DNA of 64,000 nucleotides from Enoplolaimus lenunculus (Eukaryota): NCBI GenBank assembly GCA_030248215.1, contig JASANG010001402.1, positions 434,001 to 498,000 of the forward strand, read 5' to 3'. Shown piece by piece: positions 51,201 to 63,018 of this stretch (position 1 is its first letter; each line of letters starts with the position of its first letter). The notes under the pieces were generated by a model. It saw only the letters and a program-made list of their open reading frames with translations, ran no database searches and was not told where the DNA came from. The position numbers and the translations under genes were made by a program.

Positions 51201-52772
51201 CAGACAATATTCCTTGAATACAAGACAATTTATTTTGTGTGTAGTATTGTATCGCGAGAAAATGGTTCACCTCTCAAATAACATGAACTCCCGTTTGCGT
51301 TGCAGGAAGACTGGACGCGTATGAGAGCGTATAAGTTATTATCCCTTGTTGCCTAAATCAATTAGTTCTTCCAACATTTATCAAAATGACTTTTTCGAAA
51401 CCAAATAGAAAAACCACGGCGCGCTTGGCCAACCTCCTGTGGCTACGACTTTCCTATTGGCGTGTTTTGAAATTTACTAATTAACGTTAGACACGGCAGA
51501 AACATTGCAGAATTGGCCCGGAATATTGTGTTAACAGAGAATTTTTGACTGTTGTTGAAAAGTTTCACCAGGAGGGTTCTAGCAATTGGGTGCCTTAGCT
51601 GATTCTGAATATGGTTTACATTTCAGGCTTCGTTTGCTTGTCGTAATCACAGTTTTAGCGACGACTGCATCAGGTTAGAAATTTGTAAATTCTACTCAAG
51701 CAAAACTGTTCGCATGCAATAAGCATGCGACGCAATTGAGTCTGAAGCATGGCAGCCTACAAAAATTTAGGCCGTTAAGTATTTTAGCCACATCAAAACA
51801 TTTTGGCAATGAAAATCCTTTGACGCAGAAATAGTTTTTATAACAAATGGCTGACTTATGCCATTTTCAAAGGCGTAAACTCTAAACGTCAGCTGTATTC
51901 CTAAGCATAAGCCTAAAAAGCACAAGCGTACGTAAGCTTCAACATAAATACTAGTTTCCTAAGTTTACACTGTTGGCTTTCAGAGAAATAACTAGACGCC
52001 CTTAAATGTATCTACGTTTACAATGACCACTCAGCTATCGTAGCTTGACGCTCGAGCCCGATGGGCCTCTCACGTCTTGTGCAGATTTTGCACTTCGCAT
52101 ATTTGTTAGAATTGTTGCTCGTATATTATTTGTGTTTAGTTACTCATAGAATACTCTAAAAGTGAAAGAGTTAAAAAATTGTCTATTTGACCTTTTCACA
52201 TGAATATTTTCTGTTTCATCTTTAACCCTTTCGCTCATAGAGTATACTATGAGCAACTAAATACAATAATGTATAAGCAATACACACACTGTGAGCAGTG
52301 TTTGACATTTATAACATATATGCGCAGTTTTAAATCTCCACAAGACCTAAGAGCGCCCTCGGGCTCGAGCGTCATGCTCCTATAGCTCAGTGGTCATCGT
52401 AAACGCCTCCCACCCGTGAGATTGGGGTTCGAATCTCACCTTGAAATACATCTCATGTGAAATTGTAAATATTCATCTGAGAAAAGGTTAATGTTCACTT
52501 TTCTAGCAGAGAGCTGCTGGAACAAATGCAACACTGACAGTGAATTGGAGAAACAAGACTGTTCGGCGTACGAACAATGGGTGCAATGTGTTACTGACTG
52601 TCTCGAACAAAATGACGTATGGAAAGGTTGCGAACCAGCGTTTTACGCGTACGCTGACGAAATGAGAGGACACTTAAAAAAGCATAAAGCAATACTGAAA
52701 GAATGTGGTTTCAAGCCGAGAAAATGGGGCAAAGAAGCGAGCGAAAACACATATACTTGTTCTCGAGAATAA
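48242..52772 (+). CDS. Small secreted cysteine-rich protein (~104 aa, 8 Cys); join(48242..48243,51627..51673,52507..52772)
   Basis: The exon at 51627-51673 (tttcag...G|gttaga) encodes signal-peptide-like LRLLVVITVLATTAS and joins in phase 1 to ESCWNKC...YTCSRE*. The upstream aaaaAT|GTAAGT supplies the two missing bases of ATG. Confidence 0.72.
48551..51241 (+). mobile_element. TA-flanked AT-rich MITE (CACACAAAATAAATT TIR) inflated by an internal satellite
   Basis: TA-CACACAAAATAAATT ... AATTTATTTTGTGTG-TA; body homologous to the inverted copy at ~62256-63018. Confidence 0.78.
48778..50891. repeat. Tandem satellite, 35 units (30 x 61 bp, 5 x 57 bp)
   Basis: Unit gtatgtaaaaagtttctccgtt(t/c)atattcttaaaatggtatttaaataatcgaatttt(c/t)at; the short variant reads gttgctccatattc. 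Confidence 0.97.
52014..52450. mobile_element. Two inverted copies of a TTAA-CYCT-initiated repeat with a tRNA-like (A/B box) segment
   Basis: Plus copy 52222-52450 with AGCTCAGTGG and GGTTCGAATC; minus copy ~52014-52174; third copy (-) at ~31415-31627. Confidence 0.65.
52507..52772 (+). CDS. Mature-peptide exon of the secreted Cys-rich protein
   Basis: ttctag(cag) acceptor; 87-aa open frame with spacing C-x3-C-x10-C-x8-C-x3-C-x9-C-x24-C-x17-C. Confidence 0.78.
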
Positions 52773-54428
52773 GACGACCTTGGCTAGTAAATGCTTCTAT
52801 TTAAACGCCTTGTAATGGAACATCCACGTTATGCTGCACGCGCTACTGCAAGAAATATCTGGGTCTGAGTAAGGCCCGACCACGTTTTAACACACTCTAA
52901 TTACGAGACCACTATAAAGTCCGGTAGACATTGATTGCACTGTGTTCATATAGCATTGCAAACATACAAATAACACAAACACATATATACACTTATTTAT
53001 TTTGCTTGATTTCTTACCTTTTGCCGCGACTCCCTTCGGACAGTGTCCGAGACAATAAATATTGTCTACGTACCGCATAAAGTTGTACCTACACGCTAGT
53101 TGCAGCTTCGATTTGTACACATATCCCTACCGGGTGGTCGGACAAATCTTTTCATTAGCGCGTCTTATAAGGTGGATGACCCATAAACCAAGTAGAATCT
53201 CGCTTTCAATCAGCGTTTTTATGTTGCATTAAATTTAAAGTGAAGTATTGTTCGAAATATATTATCGATAATTTTAAAATATTTGTCATTTGTGCAATGG
53301 TTATAAATTCGTAGACAGTAAAAAGTCCGATACATATTTGCTATGATAATTATCAAAGACAGTATTCAAATATTGACAGTTCAAAAAGAAACTTTTGACT
53401 TCATTAGTTCATGAAAGGGTTGGACACCGGAGGTTCTTTCCAGGGGGTAAAAAGCAGCCAAAAACGTATCATTTAATCTCAGTAGTTGCAAAACAACATC
53501 AAAACAGCGTGGAAACTGTGAGAAATTGGTTTTTCTCCACACTCCCGTATAATCGTGAAGGATAAATGTCTTCGGCCCATGTTACGCTCAATTGAGATGA
53601 ATCACAAATAAAACTAACGCATCAACGCAATTTATATCTAAGCAACAGGGTGGCAACATATATAAATTCAGATTTGGTTTCACACTGGCACAAACTTAAA
53701 GGCTCGGATTCAGAAGCAATTTCAGTTTTGAAAAAGCAAAATCCAGTGAGCTTCAGTAACATCTGTTTCTGTTAACAGACAAAACTCGAATGTCGTGTGA
53801 CATTTACTTACAAGCCACCGCTTTCAGAAAATCAATGTGTGCAAGAGTCGGTCGGTATGTTAAGTGATACTGATGGATATTTATGCGAATATCATATGAT
53901 ATTCCAAAGTTAAAACGAATATCATATGATATTCAGCGAGACAGTGTTCGGGTGCTAAATTAATGGAAAGTCGGACGGCAGAGGCACAGTTGTGCTTAAA
54001 ATGCCAAATACACGTCTGCAAATTCATTTCCGGCACAAAACCGCTTAGAAACACAGTGTCCCAAGTATGCAAACATTTGAAAATATATATATCATATGAT
54101 ATTCGCTGACAATACCTCGAATATATGATATTGAAGGGCAAAAGGTGACCTACACATTATGATGATAGTATACAAATACGACTTTTTGAATATGATAGCA
54201 GATAAAATGTTACCCAATAGGCTAATAGGGAGAAAACTTGTCCCAAGCTGCCCGGTTATAACGCGAACCCCGCATAAGCCTAAGCTATAGCTTAAGCCTA
54301 AGCCTTACTCGAAGTCGTAAAAATAGCCTAAGCCTAGCCTCAAACACGTAAATCAGCCTGTTTGTTGCCTCAGCGTATATAACATGGGCCGTAAACTTTA
54401 ACAAGCCGACTTATATAAAACTTGCTAG

Positions 54429-54851
54429 CAGTGTGCAACCAGAATTATAAAATACCGGGACCGGAAAGTTAAAAATATACCGGAACCGGAGGCTGAAAAT
54501 AAAAAATATATATACTTCTTACCGAAAAAAATACTTTCAAACGCTGTTTCATTGGTTTTTTGCTCAAAATACATCATTTAGACGGCCAGAATCTTGAAGC
54601 AAATGCAGTAGGTGCGGAAACGTGTGAAATTCTGGAGTATGGTAAAAATTGGAAATTATGGCAATACCCGCTCAGACAATTATATGTAAAGTCAGAATAA
54701 TACACCAATTTCTCTTAAATTTTAAAAGAAAAATTTTCAATACCGAAAATACCGGAAAATTCCGGTGAAAAAACGCCGGATTTATTACCGGAACCGGATA
54801 GTGAAAAATATCGGATTTCCTTACTGAAATAGGAATTCCCGTTGCGCCCTG
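54429..54851. mobile_element. hAT-like CCGG-rich MITE
   Basis: CAGTGTGCAAC...GTTGCGCCCTG; 8-bp TSD with one mismatch. Confidence 0.7.
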
Positions 54852-56963
54852 CTTACTAGAGTAGACGTCTGTTCGGAATAAATGCCTTACATTAAAATTC
54901 GAAGTATATATATATAACTCTGTGTTTAAGACTTGACTAAATCATAAGGACACGGTAGTATATAATTGAATCGTTGTCGATTGCGCAAAGTATTAAATAA
55001 AGCTCTGAATAAACGCGACAACGGCGACATTTAGAGCATTACCAACTGCTTTTTAGACGCTTAAAACATTATCGTTACATCCCCAGATTCGTTTCTCAGA
55101 TGTATGGCCCGAATCTATTTGGGAGTGGAGTGCAAGCCAAATTTGGTAAAAACGGCTCTCCAATGCCCACCGTGTGGATACACTCTTTGCAATATACTTT
55201 CTTTGGAAAACGGAAAAACGGGGGAGCTATATATCTTCGCAAGAAATACGGAAGAAAAGGACAATATTTTTTTGAGATTTATTTTAGCAGGAGGGCTGCC
55301 GCCCCATGCACCCCCGCACTAACCAAAAGTAATATAACAATTACAAATTTTAAGGAAGGCAGTCGATTTTTTGCCGAAGCTACGGTTTTGCCTTTGGCCA
55401 TGTTACTTTTAGGGCCTCCAGGATTCTAGTGGGTCTATAAAAGAGCACGTTTAATTTGAAGGAACTCGTTGCAAGTGTAAACCAAACTAAATTTAACCTA
55501 AACCGTGGCTCCTAGTGCATAAAAGTGGTTGAAAAATTTCACTAGCCAAATTTTAGTAGCATTGCAGTGGTTTAATGCAATCTCACCTCCAGTTCTACCG
55601 TTGTCTGCTTGGTTTGCCTTCGGGACAACTTGAATATTTCCATCAAAAAATGGTGTCGGTTTGCTCATAGGGGTGTTCGCACGCTACGAATACGCTTTAT
55701 ATATAAAACTACTTGTAGTTATGGTCTATACATTGATCATGAAGCGTAGGCATGATGCAATTGGAGGAATGAACGGTAATTTGAACAAAACGAATCATTG
55801 CGAAAATGTGAAAATTTAACATTTTTGACTGAATTTAGTTTTATATTTGAACGAAGCACAATTTGTTTATCTCCAGCTCAGACTCGCCTTTTTTATTAAT
55901 AAAAACTAGACTATACGACAGGGTACACCGGAGGTTTTCCTCCGGCTCCGGTAGAAAATCGGCCTCCAGCTCAGGTAGAATTTTTGCCGGAGGTTTCGGC
56001 AATTTCATTTTTGCATAATTGATCTGTTCAGCGCGTTTAGTAACATGGAGCGTAATTAATCGCGGTCACGAGTATATTACTAAGCCTAAGCGTAAGAATG
56101 AGTATAAGCCTAATCCAAGCAAAAAAATTAGTCGAAAGCTTACTCTTGTAGTTCCACAGAAAAGTCTGGGGTCTCACGTTTTCACAACACCGGAACGTTA
56201 GGCGAAATTTCTATTGCAATCGGAAGGTTATCTATAAGTGTAATTTAGTCGACATAAATATGCAGGAAAATGGTTCAGGTGTGTGAATTCCAACGGATAA
56301 GCGGAACCGGACACACTGGCTTCTACGCATAAAGCACGCTAAAGCTTTATTGTAAAAAACCGAAACATACTGGCTAATCAAATCAGGGAGGTAAATGTTC
56401 TGACTGGGCAGAATGTTACCGTAAACTGCTAATATTATCAAATGTCTCCAGTGAAAAATCACAGAATTGAGGTTCGGTAAGACATAAATACGTTCGCAAA
56501 AGACAAAATATACCTGAGTTATAAATTGTGCTAGTTTTGCAGATCGAAAATCCGTTAGTATTCGAATACAAATAATCGATATACATTAAGATGCCATATG
56601 CAAAGTTTAAATTATAGAAAAAAATTAGCAATAGATTCAGACTTGATCAAATCATGGATTTTTTACCACCCAGGTACGAACATAAAATTAACGTGACAAT
56701 GTTTCATATTTAAATTTGTACGCTTGTTCGGCACTACTGGCACAACTTTTAGCATCTGAGGTTAGTTTAACACAATTTCTGAAAAGTTACTGATATATTG
56801 CCACATTAGAATTTAAGGTTACAACGATTACCCTGCTACCCTGCAAACTATATTTATAAGCAACGAATATTGATAACGAACAAGACAGATGCACAAGAAA
56901 AACGTATGTACATCAATATACACGCACAGCGTTTTTACAAAAATAATTCAAGTGCGATTGAAA

Positions 56964-58391
56964 TCATTTGGATTTTTTTGCCGATTTCTTCGCTGTCTTT
57001 TTGGTCTTCTTTGGCGACGCCTTTTTCGCCGCTGCAGGTTTCTTTGCTTTCGATGGTGAGCGCTTTTTCGTTGGCGATTTTGCCTTCTTCACTCTGGCTG
57101 GTTTCGGAGCACCCGTAGCAGCTGACGAAGCTTTTTTCTTTTTTGGTGATGATTTTTTCGTTTTGCTAGGAGAACGGGGCGTTTTGACGCCTGCTGAAAT
57201 ATGAAACAAATGCATTTAGTTAGCCACCAAGGCAATGTGCAAAGCGGAACTGAATTATGCTGATCTTTGAATGGCATACGTACCGAATCTCACTACGTAC
57301 GTATTTGTATCGAGTGGCTCTAGACTATCGTGATTAACAGTAACGTTTGGTTAAAATTTGAAGTTAAACATCGGAAACCGGCTCCAGCAAATGCCGGAAC
57401 ATTGATACTGAACGATTCTGGTTCGGTATTTATCGAAATCTTGTACCAGCAGGCAAAGCGGAACTACGTAGAGCTGGCTTCTCCACAGCTTGAAAATTTC
57501 CGCCGGGGGGGGCGATTCCTTGGGGGAACCCAGGAGTTTCCTGGGGGGCAGCTGATTTTGCTGGGGGGTCCCCCAGATGATCTGGGGGGGGGGGTCATGT
57601 GGGGCAGGCTTAATATTTTGCAAACCGACTTTTTGGACCATTGTTTTCATTCTAGACCGTGTTTCCAACTCAACTTAAGATTACTCTCATTTATGGAGAA
57701 AAATTTAAAAGCCCAGTTTGGAAAATTCAATCGCCCACGTTCCCGTACCACGAGCCTTGCTATTGTTTTACTTACGTTTGCGTGCAGCCTTTTTGCTCGG
57801 AGATCGTGATTTTCGTTCACCCTTTTCACCAATTCGGAAACGACCCGAGGCACCATGTGTCGATGTCTTCGCATGTTTCAGAGTTCCATTCTTGATCCCA
57901 GCGCGCAACGCCATTTTCAAATGATTGTTCACAACTGTCGGACTGTGACCACCGAATTTGTAATTCGCCAACAAATATTTCAGAATCGCGTCGCGAGATG
58001 AACCTTGACGATCCTGAAACCAAATTCTTTAGTAAAATAGCCAAATTTCCACCTGCCAAATTTTAATACCGTAATATTTAATTCCGGTTGCACCCTGGTG
58101 ATCATGCCTGCTTGCGGGCCTACAGATGAACCCCCTGCATACAGCTCAATGCAAATGCCACGATCTTTAGTGAAAAAAATTTAAAAATAGATACTTTTCC
58201 ATTGTTTTCGTTTCTGGGTCAATTTGATGAAGCAAAATTCAAATTTTAGTCGCAGTCAATATACGATGCGTTGAACGTCCCTAAACTTTCCTTACCTTCA
58301 AAGCAACGATTGCCTGCTTGACCATGGATCTGTATGGCGGATGCGATGCAGGCACTTTGGCCTTTTTCGCTTTGCTTGGAGACGAAGACAT
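56964..58391 (-). CDS. H1: Histone H1 (linker histone) with two introns, ~187 aa; complement(join(56964..57193,57776..58013,58296..58391))
   Basis: MSSSPSKAKKAKVPASHPPYRSMVKQAIVALK | DRQGSSRDAILKYLLANYKFG...HLKMALRAGIKNGTLKHAKTSTHGASGRFRI (H15 winged-helix domain) | Lys/Ala/Pro tail with SPxK motifs. GT-AG introns, phases 0 and 1. Confidence 0.93.
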
Positions 58392-59954
58392 TTTTCCAAA
58401 CGAAAACTTGAAAATTCAAACGTTAAAAATCCCAAAAATTACCGTCCAATCACTGAGTAAAAACACGCGCAAAACGTACGATTGAAAACGAAACACTGAC
58501 TGACTAAACACAACACACAAAAGACAGATAAAATGAGAAAGCGCGCGAACGGGAGAAATACACGTAGACATACGCAAAATGCCGCGTGACAGGGCAGAGA
58601 CGATTTTGTTCGCGTCTGATACAGAAAGCTTTTTCTGCTCGAAAATGAATCAGACCTGGCGTAGTTTTCAGGTAATAACTTTTGATTGACTCAACGGATT
58701 TTGGATTGCTTGACACCGATCGAAAGCTGAGATAACGGCAATTACGATGCAGTATATTTCAATTTTGCTATTTTAAAATTCAATGAAATATTCAACTGAA
58801 AATAGCAAAATGTTTATAAATTTTCATGATGGTGGGTACAAACCTCGGTCCGCTGGGTGGTGTAAAGAGTTGCTGGGTATGACAGGCAAATTTTCAGATG
58901 CCCAATAGACTTATCTGGCAGGTAACAAAAGCATGTCGGGATATAATTTATATTCATCGAACACAAAAGTGTTGTTTTCTGATCCCTAATTCGCTTGAAA
59001 ATACCGCTGGTTTCGCAGCGATATTGACGGGTCAAGTGTTTTTTGCAAATTTTAGACCCAATAGGGGTGCCAAACAGGGCTGGATTACGGTGATGAGAGG
59101 CCAGGGGCCAATATCAGTAGCTTGACCTTTTATTAACCATCATTCTTTCATGAACCGAGCATAAAATGACACATTTTAATGAAGTAAACTGTACCAAAAG
59201 TATGATACAAAAGTTACGACCAAGGACTCGACTTTCCTAGAATAGAATTGCACATAGAGAAGTCACTTATGATTCCACCGAATTCTAAAAATTTCTGAAG
59301 TCCAAGAATGGACGGTGCTGGTTCCGTTTTCATTCTTATTTACTTTTTCGACCACCTTTTTTACAAAAAAAATTCTCTCCCCACAATGTTGTTTCCGATT
59401 AGGTTCTGTGTTAACCTTTCCGGGCCTAGAACTAATTTTTTGGATTTGGTTTAAAGTGGACGCCGTATACGTTCTGCTTCCGCTGAACCAATACCATGTT
59501 GCAGGCGCATTCGCCTGAAATGAAGTTAAACAAGCGGGCCCATGTTGATTATATTAGCCAGCGCCAGGAAATAGGATGCTTGGGAGAATTGTCAAGGTTA
59601 GGTTTAGGCGTATGTTTATATGCTTAGGCTTAGGTTTAGACGTTATGGTTTTTTAGACTGGTCACCAGCGGCTGATCCATAAATTTCTGTCAGGGGGTCC
59701 GGGCTAGTAAAGTTACAAAACTCAGTTTTTACTGTATGCTATATATGTAAAAAATTTTGTGAGGGGGAAATTGCAATGTAGCGACCTTTCCATTTTATCG
59801 CAAAATTTCTCACGAAAGGGCGTGCGCCCCCCTCCCCCTGTCCGACCTCTGGTTCCGCTAGTGTTGGTCAATTCGTCACTATATAAAACTTTGATTTAAT
59901 TCCATTTTATTATTTTTGGTTTGAGAACGGCCACTACTCTTGCCTTTGCAATAA

Positions 59955-60178
59955 GGGTTGCGATATACTCGCAGCGTGACGCTGGACGACGCAGCGTGAC
60001 GCTGGACGACGCAGCGTGACGCTGGATGACGCAGCGTGCCGCAGGACGCGGCCGCGCGTCGCCGAACGGCGCCGGTGCACGGTGCTGTAAAACGCTATCA
60101 AAAAGTACCGGACGCCGCTGCGCGCCTGCGTACGGCAACGTGCAGCAGCGTTCGGCTCAGTAAACTATAGCGCAACCC
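59955..60178. mobile_element. GC-rich PIF/Harbinger(Tourist)-like MITE with internal 20-bp tandem repeat
   Basis: GGGTTGCG(A/C)TATA TIRs with taa/tat flanks; about 3 copies of cgcagcgtgacgctggacga. Confidence 0.55.
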
Positions 60179-60705
60179 TATTAATGCTAGTACACATCAG
60201 TATGTATCGGTTTATATATATGTTTTCATTATTAGCTAGTTTTTTTTGCTTTTATATATTATCGGTTTTTAGCTGAGCTTCTAGCAAAATTTGAGATCTG
60301 AAGATCCGGAGTTGGCTTGTTTAGAAAGTTATTATTAACGAACTGACAATACATTGTATTTTTCAAGTGAGTTAATTTAAACTCAATCTATTAGTAAGTG
60401 AAAAATGCAAAACCACCATTTTTCATCTACTTCTACTATTAGACAAATGATTGTTTAGGACTTACATAACTTAGGTTTGTCAGTTGATTAAGTGCATTCT
60501 GAATTAATTGATCAACTCACCCAGAATTGACTTTAACTCCGAGTGGGAATCAACTCAGAGTGAGTTTGATTTTCCGTTTCGAAGGAAAATTTTCCCCTAA
60601 TTATAGGACCGAATACATAAATGCGAATAATCTGGCAGATTTTAATGTTCTGCGTTTTAAACTTTTTAGCTGGCTCAAATTTTGAACACAATAATCACCA
60701 ACTGA

Positions 60706-60885
60706 CAATGGCGGATCCATGGGGGGCCAGCCCGGCCGTGCCTCCCCCCTCCAACAGCATCTCGACAAAAATTATATACTTAGCAATTTTGTGACAATAG
60801 TTCGTGGTTTGTGTGTGGGTTAAAGGAAAGTTTATTATATGTGAAATTTTGGGCCCCACATTTTGAGATCCTGGATCCGCCACTG
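60706..60885 (-). mobile_element. hAT-like MITE (CAGTGGCGGATCC TIR), copy 3
   Basis: Reverse complement of 765-941; TSD ccaactga/cctactga. Confidence 0.82.
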
Positions 60886-61519
60886 CCTACTGAGTATGTT
60901 GATAGGTGCTAAACACATTTGAAAATGCGGGCGCAAAACGGAAACAAAATAGAACATTTAACAATCTGTCTGTCAGCTCGTTTATAGAAGGAATTCTCGG
61001 CCCAGTTTTCAGGTCAGCCCTGCAACTGTGTGGGAATTATCGCAGGTTTAAAACGGAGGGAGCAGCATGATTTACAGCGGTGTCAACAAAAATTTCGTAT
61101 TTTATAGAATTCGTTCGGCCTGTGTCAAAAAATTCGCAGAGGAAAACTGTTTGTAAACAGCGCCTCATCGTAAAAACAGCTGCGGTTCAGCTACAAAAAT
61201 TTGCATAAACGCAAAATGACGACACAGTGTAGAACGATATTAAGGTTTTTTAATTGATTATGTATATATGTCGTAGGTCAATGCGCTATTCAAGCCAATT
61301 TACTAATTGGTCTGGACCAATCTACTGTTCTGACCAAACAGCATATTGGCCTAGGCCAAATTGCAGTTGTAGCAAAACAACAGTGTTGTAAAACTTAACG
61401 CTGATTGGTTAATGATGTTGCGTCTGTCCAAATAATCAAATCTGTATTGATTGGTCCATAAGTTTAATAACAGTTTAGTTTAGGCGGAACTGCTACACGC
61501 TACGACATATATTCCAGCA

Positions 61520-62218
61520 GTCAAAACCTAGAAAACTTGAAAACAAAATGCACAAACAAATTTACATGTCAAAAAATGAACCATGATGAATTGCACCTCC
61601 GCTCGATCCGTATCACGGTGTTCATCAAAATGAAGGATTTAATTCAGCTACGATCCTGTGTCGATCTCTTTGTGGACAAAGCGCACTAAAACACTGAAAC
61701 TGCAAGGAACATTTTTGTGACACCCAATTTATTTTTGATTATTAAATATGTTAAATTTTATTTCAAATATTCAAATTTCACCGTAATGTGTGACGCTTCG
61801 GCCGTGATTGATGGTCCAAGACGGTATTATAGATCTTATTCTTGGGAAATCTTTCCAAGATAAGCAGAGACAAAATGTTTTCAATTTTGTTATACATCAC
61901 ATGCATTATGCAATCTGGAAGGCCCGACAACACCTCGAAAATGAAAATGCTGAGTACCCAACAGTTGAATTACTGCAGGTAAACATGTTCAGAAATTTGT
62001 GTCGGATAAAAGTTATTATGGCGGAGGAAAATTTTTTCAGTATTTTGAATATTTAGTATTACGAAATAAATCAACATTAGGTTTTAAAGTTAGAAATCTA
62101 ATCATTTGATGCTTTGATGCGTTTTGTTGCCAATGTGTTCTTACTTTGTTTGGTTTAAATATGAATTATGCTAATTATATATCATGGGTTAAAATAAACT
62201 GACAGTAGCAAAAAAAAA
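61520..62218 (+). mobile_element. 5'-truncated, degenerate L1/Tx1-clade LINE 3' end
   Basis: Remnant C.LC...ET..(H)IF zinc-finger-like motif, then ORF 61808-62056 with YAIWKAR (the IWxxRN-type motif at the end of L1/Tx1 ORF2), AATAAA at 62192 and A9 at 62210-62218. Confidence 0.5.
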
Positions 62219-62255
62219 TGACTCTATTATTTCAAGTTTAGAAATTTTTCTGATA

Positions 62256-63018
62256 TTATATTAAGAAAATATTTTTTTAAATTCACGACAATATGTCTTA
62301 ATCTAGGCTACAGACACATATATGTCTTGGACACAAGACATTTAGTTTCTGACAATTTTCCAAAAACCTATGTCCGAAATTTTTAACATTTAAAAGTCTT
62401 GAGTGTTTCATAAACGATTAAAGACAAATATGTCTGATTTAAAAGATACGTCCAAGACGTGAACTTAGATTCGGAGGAGCCTGAGAGCTCGACCCGAAAT
62501 ATCTTTGAAATTCAATTATTTATATACTCTCAAGAATATAAACGGAGCAACTTTTTACATATACATAAACCAGAGTGCAACCGGAGACCAAAAATACCGA
62601 AGCTGTAGCCGGAATCAGAGGTCAACGAAACTTGCCGGAGCCGGAGGTGAGGCGAAATTAGGTTGTAAAAATGATGATCAATTAGTTAATTTTAGCCAAT
62701 ATCTGAAATATGTTGTTAAGTTGTTTGCTTTTACGCTAATTTCATGGCGAAATTTCGGAAATTCTGTCCTTAAAATTGTGCAAAAGTAAAACGAAAGACG
62801 CTAAACAGATAAATTTTGCTAAATTAATATGCGAAATTTTGCTACCGAAATTGCCGGAACCTCCGGCAAAAATTCTACCAGAGTTGGAGCCGGAGCCGGA
62901 GGCCGATTTTTTTCAGAAGCCGAAGCCGGAGGCAGACCTCCGGTTGTACCCTGACATAAACATAAGAAAATAAATTCTTGAATATAAAGACAACTATATC
63001 TTAAAGGAAAGAAATTTG
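62256..63018 (-). mobile_element. Sister copy of the 48551-51241 MITE with a single satellite monomer, interrupted by the hAT-like MITE at 62571-62953
   Basis: Reverse complement matches both flanks of the satellite and one repeat unit; boundaries approximate. Confidence 0.72.
62571..62953. mobile_element. hAT-like CCGG-rich MITE (CAGGGTRCAACCGG TIR family)
   Basis: CAGAGTGCAACCGGAG...CTCCGGTTGTACCCTG; perfect TSD acataaac. Relatives at 54429-54851 (TSD cttgctag/cttactag), 43749-43972 and 32018-32381. Confidence 0.8.

Noticed and set aside
52376..52447. Functional tRNA gene
   Set aside because: A and B boxes are present, but the acceptor and D stems do not pair and the segment is part of a dispersed repeat.
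57330..57809. 159-aa plus-strand ORF antisense to H1
   Set aside because: Runs through a G-tract-rich repeat in H1 intron 2; no recognisable domain.
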